DNA of 64,000 nt from Longimicrobiales bacterium (lineage in GTDB: Bacteria; Gemmatimonadota; Gemmatimonadetes; Longimicrobiales; Gaopeijiaceae): assembly GCA_965202985.1 (NCBI GenBank), contig CBDBCF010000001.1, positions 896,001 to 960,000 on the forward strand. The letters are read 5' to 3'. The notes beneath the pieces were generated by a model, which was given only the letters and a program-made list of their open reading frames with translations, did no database searches and was not told the DNA's origin. The position numbers and the translations under genes are program-made. Shown piece after piece: positions 60,895-64,000 of the stretch (the stretch's first letter is position 1; each line of letters begins with the position of its first letter).

Positions 60895-62616
60895 TCAGCG
60901 GTCGAGAAGGGGGATGGTCATCGACAAGAGCGCGGGGGACGACGGCGGGAGCTGCTGCCGGTCGGCCCACTCGGGGCAGACCTCCAGCTGGACGGGTCCG
61001 CTTGGGGCGCCTTCGGGCGGCAGCGGCTTGATGGCCAGCAGCGACACGACAAGGCCGTCCGGCTGGCGAAGCGCCGTCGCTCGGCAGAAGCGGTGCGGGT
61101 GGGCGGCAACTACCGAGTCCACATAGCCGACAACGTTATGCCTGGGGTAGTGCCAAGCTGTTTTAAGGACGTACTCGGCGCCGAGGCTGTCGGCCCGCGA
61201 AAAGAAAAGCGAGTAGTTATCGGGGCGCGTCAAAACCACTGAGCGCAGGCCACTGAGAACATGGAACATAAAGGGTCTGCGGGTGAGCACGATCGATCCT
61301 TCCGGCAGGTGGCGGCCCGCCCATACGGACAGGGCGTGAAAGTACTGCACCGGGACCGGCGCGCAGGCATATGCACCTGCGGTTGCGGTCCTGCATAGTC
61401 GGGCGGCGCGCACGGCTTCACCCCACGACAAGACCGAAGGCGTCGCCGCCAGCGCGACAGCGGCGACGGCCAGGATCCGGCGCGCCGGCAAGCGCTTGGG
61501 GCCGGCAGAAGTGCTCGGCCCAAGCGTCTTCCTCAGGAACTGGCCCGGGCCCTTCTCCGTCAGCCTGCGCCCCAGGAACGCCAGGGCGTCGGTGGCGTAG
61601 AGCAGGACCAGCGGGAGCAGCGGCAAAGCGTACCGCAGGACCCCGGGCCACCACAGGACGAGCCCCCCGTAGAGAGCGAAGAAGTACTCGGCGACGCCGG
61701 GCCGACGGCGCATGCTTGCGAGCCAGCCCACCAGCGCCAGGCCCGCCAGCGCCAAGCCCACCAGGCCTGCGGGCATCGCTCCGTGGACGCCCGTCAAGCT
61801 CCCGGGCACGTACTCCACGGCGTAGCGCCAAAGGTTGTCGCCCACGCGCCAAACCAAGTCCACCGGACCGCCAGAGTTGTCCCGAAATTCGCCGACGTAG
61901 GACCTGAAGCGCCAAAGGACCACCGGCAGCGCGAAGAGGGCCCCGACGCCCGCCAGCACCCGCCGGCGCCTGTCCTGGGCTAGACAGAGCGCTGCGGCGG
62001 CCGCCAGCGGCAGGCCTGCCGACCGCGTGAAGCAGGTCGCAGCGACCAGGATCAAGCCGGCGGCCAAGTGCCGGGTCCGCGGCTCCAGGCGATGTTCCGA
62101 GCCGGCGTCGGGGGTGAGCAGCCAAAGCGACGCCAGCATCAACGCGAGGAACATGGGCTCCGACATGATCCAGCTCGAGGCGTCCAGCAAGGCGGGCGCG
62201 ATGCCGAACAGGAGCGACAGCGCCGCGGCCGTCCAAACGCCGGTCCGGCGGCGCAACCAGAGAAAGCAGAAGCCTGTCGCCAAGCCGGTGCAGAAGAGGG
62301 ACAGGGCCGTGAATGCGCCCCACGTCTTGGCGCCCGCCAAGATCATGATCGCCAGCACCGCGGGATACGTCGGCGGGTACTTGACGTGCGGCGGCGAACC
62401 GGGGCGCCACGTCTCGACGTAGGCGCCGTGCTGCGCGAGCGAGTTCGCCAGGGCAAGGTAGATGTGGGAGTCGTGTGTGCCGGGCTCGGGCGACCTGGAA
62501 ACCACGGCCATGGCCACATGCACCGTCACCACGGCCGCTCCCAGGACCGCGGCAAGCCGGCGCGCGTGGGCGGCCGACCGGGATGCGTCCGCTTCGAGCG
62601 CCCCGGTTCCCGACAT
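60895..62616 (-). CDS. Polytopic membrane protein, GT-C / ArnT-like glycosyltransferase
   Basis: DSHIYL.LA.SLA, KYPP.YP, MSEP.F, TRSAG, RY.LP motifs; many TM segments and a soluble C-terminal domain. Confidence 0.75.
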   Translation of the reverse strand: MSGTGALEADASRSAAHARRLAAVLGAAVVTVHVAMAVVSRSPEPGTHDSHIYLALANSLAQHGAYVETWRPGSPPHVKYPPTYPAVLAIMILAGAKTWGAFTALSLFCTGLATGFCFLWLRRRTGVWTAAALSLLFGIAPALLDASSWIMSEPMFLALMLASLWLLTPDAGSEHRLEPRTRHLAAGLILVAATCFTRSAGLPLAAAAALCLAQDRRRRVLAGVGALFALPVVLWRFRSYVGEFRDNSGGPVDLVWRVGDNLWRYAVEYVPGSLTGVHGAMPAGLVGLALAGLALVGWLASMRRRPGVAEYFFALYGGLVLWWPGVLRYALPLLPLVLLYATDALAFLGRRLTEKGPGQFLRKTLGPSTSAGPKRLPARRILAVAAVALAATPSVLSWGEAVRAARLCRTATAGAYACAPVPVQYFHALSVWAGRHLPEGSIVLTRRPFMFHVLSGLRSVVLTRPDNYSLFFSRADSLGAEYVLKTAWHYPRHNVVGYVDSVVAAHPHRFCRATALRQPDGLVVSLLAIKPLPPEGAPSGPVQLEVCPEWADRQQLPPSSPALLSMTIPLLDR

Positions 62617-62750
62617 CACCAGTCCTTCCTTTCGGGGGCCGCCCGCACCGGGCCAGGGAGGGCGTGGGCCGAAGGCGCGCTTGCCGCAAGGGCAACGCCA
62701 ACGGCCACGGAAGCGGCGGTTGCGGTGGGCGTCGGCGTCTTCTTCGGCAT
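62616..62750 (-). pseudogene. 44-aa stub: duplicated signal-peptide start of the outer-membrane gene
   Basis: MPKKTPTPTATAASVAVGVALAASAPSAHA then novel tail; TGA overlaps the ATG of the GT gene (TGATG). Confidence 0.7.
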
Positions 62751-62757
62751 CGGTCCG

Positions 62758-64000
62758 TCAGCGGTCGAGAAGGGGCACGGTCATGGACAAGAGCGCGGGC
62801 GGGAGCTGCTGCCGGTCGGCCCACTCGGGGCAGACCTCCAGCCGGATGGGTCCGCTTGGGGCGCCTTCGGGCGGCGGCGGTTTGATGGCCAGCAGCGACA
62901 CGACAAGGCCGTCCGTCTGGCGAAACGCCGTCGCTCGGCAAAAGCGGTGCGGGTGGGCGGCGACTACCGAGTCCACATAGCCGACAACGTTGTGCCGGGG
63001 GGGGTAGCCCCAAGCTGTTTTAAGGACGTACTCGGCGCCGAGGCTGTCGGCCCGCGAAAAGAAAAGCGAGTAGTTATCGGGGCGCGTCAAGAACACCGAG
63101 AGCAGGCCGCTGAGAACATGGAACATCTCGGGTCTGCGGGTGAGCACGATCGATCCTTCCGGCAGGTGGCGGCCCGCCCATACGGACAGGGCGTGATAGC
63201 CCTGCACCCAGACCGGCGCGCAGGCATATGCACCTGCCCGCTCGGTTGCGGTCCTGCATAGTCGGGCGGCGCGCACCGCTTCACCCCACGACAAGACCGA
63301 AGGCGTCACCGCCAGCGCGACAGCGGCGGCGGCCAGTATCCGGCGCGGCGGCAAGCGCTTGGGGCCGGCAGAAGTGCTTGGACCAAGCGTCTTCCTCAGG
63401 AACTGGCCCGGGCCCTTCTCCGTCAGCCTGCGCCCCAGGAATGCCAGGGCGTCGGTGGCGTAGAGCAGGACCAGCGGGAGCAGCGGCAAAGCGTACCGCA
63501 GGACCCCGGGCCACAGCAGGACGAGCCCCGCGTAGAGAGCGAAGAAGTACTCGGCGACGCCGGGCCGACGGCGCATGCTTGCGAGCCAGCCGCCCAGCGC
63601 CAGGCCCACCAGCGCCAAGCCCACCAGGCCTGCGGGCATCCGCAACGCTCCGTAGACGCCCGTCAAGCTCCCGGGCACGTACTCCACGGCGTAGCGCCAA
63701 ATGTTGTCGCCCACGCGCCAAACCAAGTCCACCGGATCGCCAATCTTTCCCCGAAATTCGGCGACGTAAGACCTCCCCAACCAAAAGCGCCAAAGGACCA
63801 CCGGCAGCGCGAAGAGGGCCCCGAAGCCCGCCAGCATCCGCCAGCGCCTGTCCTGGGCTAGACAGAGCGCTGCGGCCGCCGCCAGCGGCAGGCCTGCCGA
63901 CCGCGTGAAGCAGGTCGCAACGACCAGGATCAAGCCGGCGGCCAAGTACCGGGTCCGCGACTCCAGGCGACGTTCCGAGCCGGCCCCGGGGGTGAGCAGC
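62758..64000 (-). CDS. Second GT-C-like membrane protein paralog (5' end beyond the window)
   Basis: Open frame near-identical to 60895-62616. Confidence 0.8.
   Translation of the reverse strand, partial: LLTPGAGSERRLESRTRYLAAGLILVVATCFTRSAGLPLAAAAALCLAQDRRWRMLAGFGALFALPVVLWRFWLGRSYVAEFRGKIGDPVDLVWRVGDNIWRYAVEYVPGSLTGVYGALRMPAGLVGLALVGLALGGWLASMRRRPGVAEYFFALYAGLVLLWPGVLRYALPLLPLVLLYATDALAFLGRRLTEKGPGQFLRKTLGPSTSAGPKRLPPRRILAAAAVALAVTPSVLSWGEAVRAARLCRTATERAGAYACAPVWVQGYHALSVWAGRHLPEGSIVLTRRPEMFHVLSGLLSVFLTRPDNYSLFFSRADSLGAEYVLKTAWGYPPRHNVVGYVDSVVAAHPHRFCRATAFRQTDGLVVSLLAIKPPPPEGAPSGPIRLEVCPEWADRQQLPPALLSMTVPLLDR

Larger units (their letters stand above)
60797..64000. repeat. Tandem duplication with ~1863-bp period (copy 2 starts at 62660 and runs off the window)
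   Basis: 60797 onward aligns with 62660 onward, including the first ~30 codons of the outer-membrane gene. Confidence 0.95.

Noticed and set aside
56502..61031. 1509-aa plus-strand ORF and similar long antisense ORFs
   Set aside because: They overlap well-supported minus-strand genes, have no motifs, and are expected from stop-codon scarcity at high GC
60895..64000. Diversity-generating retroelement TR/VR pair
   Set aside because: The differences are not confined to adenines, include indels, span whole genes, and no reverse transcriptase is in the window

Overview
High-GC bacterial chromosome segment. The gene content and order suggest Gemmatimonadota, which is an inference. 1-13.4 kb: S10/spc/secY-adk-map ribosomal cluster on the minus strand. 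It lacks rpsN and is headed by tRNA-Thr(UGU)-tuf rather than rpsL-rpsG-fusA. 13.4-26.3 kb: housekeeping genes (cysS, pyrF, pyrD, smpB, L,D-transpeptidase, transaldolase, YtxH, pgi, MBL hydrolase, pyk, RNase D, DksA-like, YggX-like, rocD), many chained by NTGA overlaps. 26.3-47.1 kb: a ~21 kb nested defence island. Its core is an HTH-SNF2-DUF3883 helicase, a DUF1156 adenine methyltransferase and a DUF499 ATPase. The gaps between these hold two retropepsin-like proteases, a Schlafen-less HATPase-like fragment, a second large N6-MTase with a small PD-(D/E)xK protein, a KAP NTPase, a low-GC orphan, a decaying SBD-HNH nuclease and a 33-bp-repeat coiled-coil gene. 47-64 kb: nitrilase; an SGNH gene with a C21 tract plus an IS1202/ISNCY-like remnant, bracketed by a 251-bp duplication; M20 amidohydrolase; AAA-nuclease; NrdR-boxed class II RNR; a peptidase/propeller/barrel outer-membrane protein; and tandem, patch-diversified GT-C-like membrane genes. 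In two places a duplicated 5' stub of a resident gene forms a short ORF whose stop overlaps the start of the next gene. No CRISPR array, rRNA or integrase was seen. Family calls come from motif recognition, not database searches.
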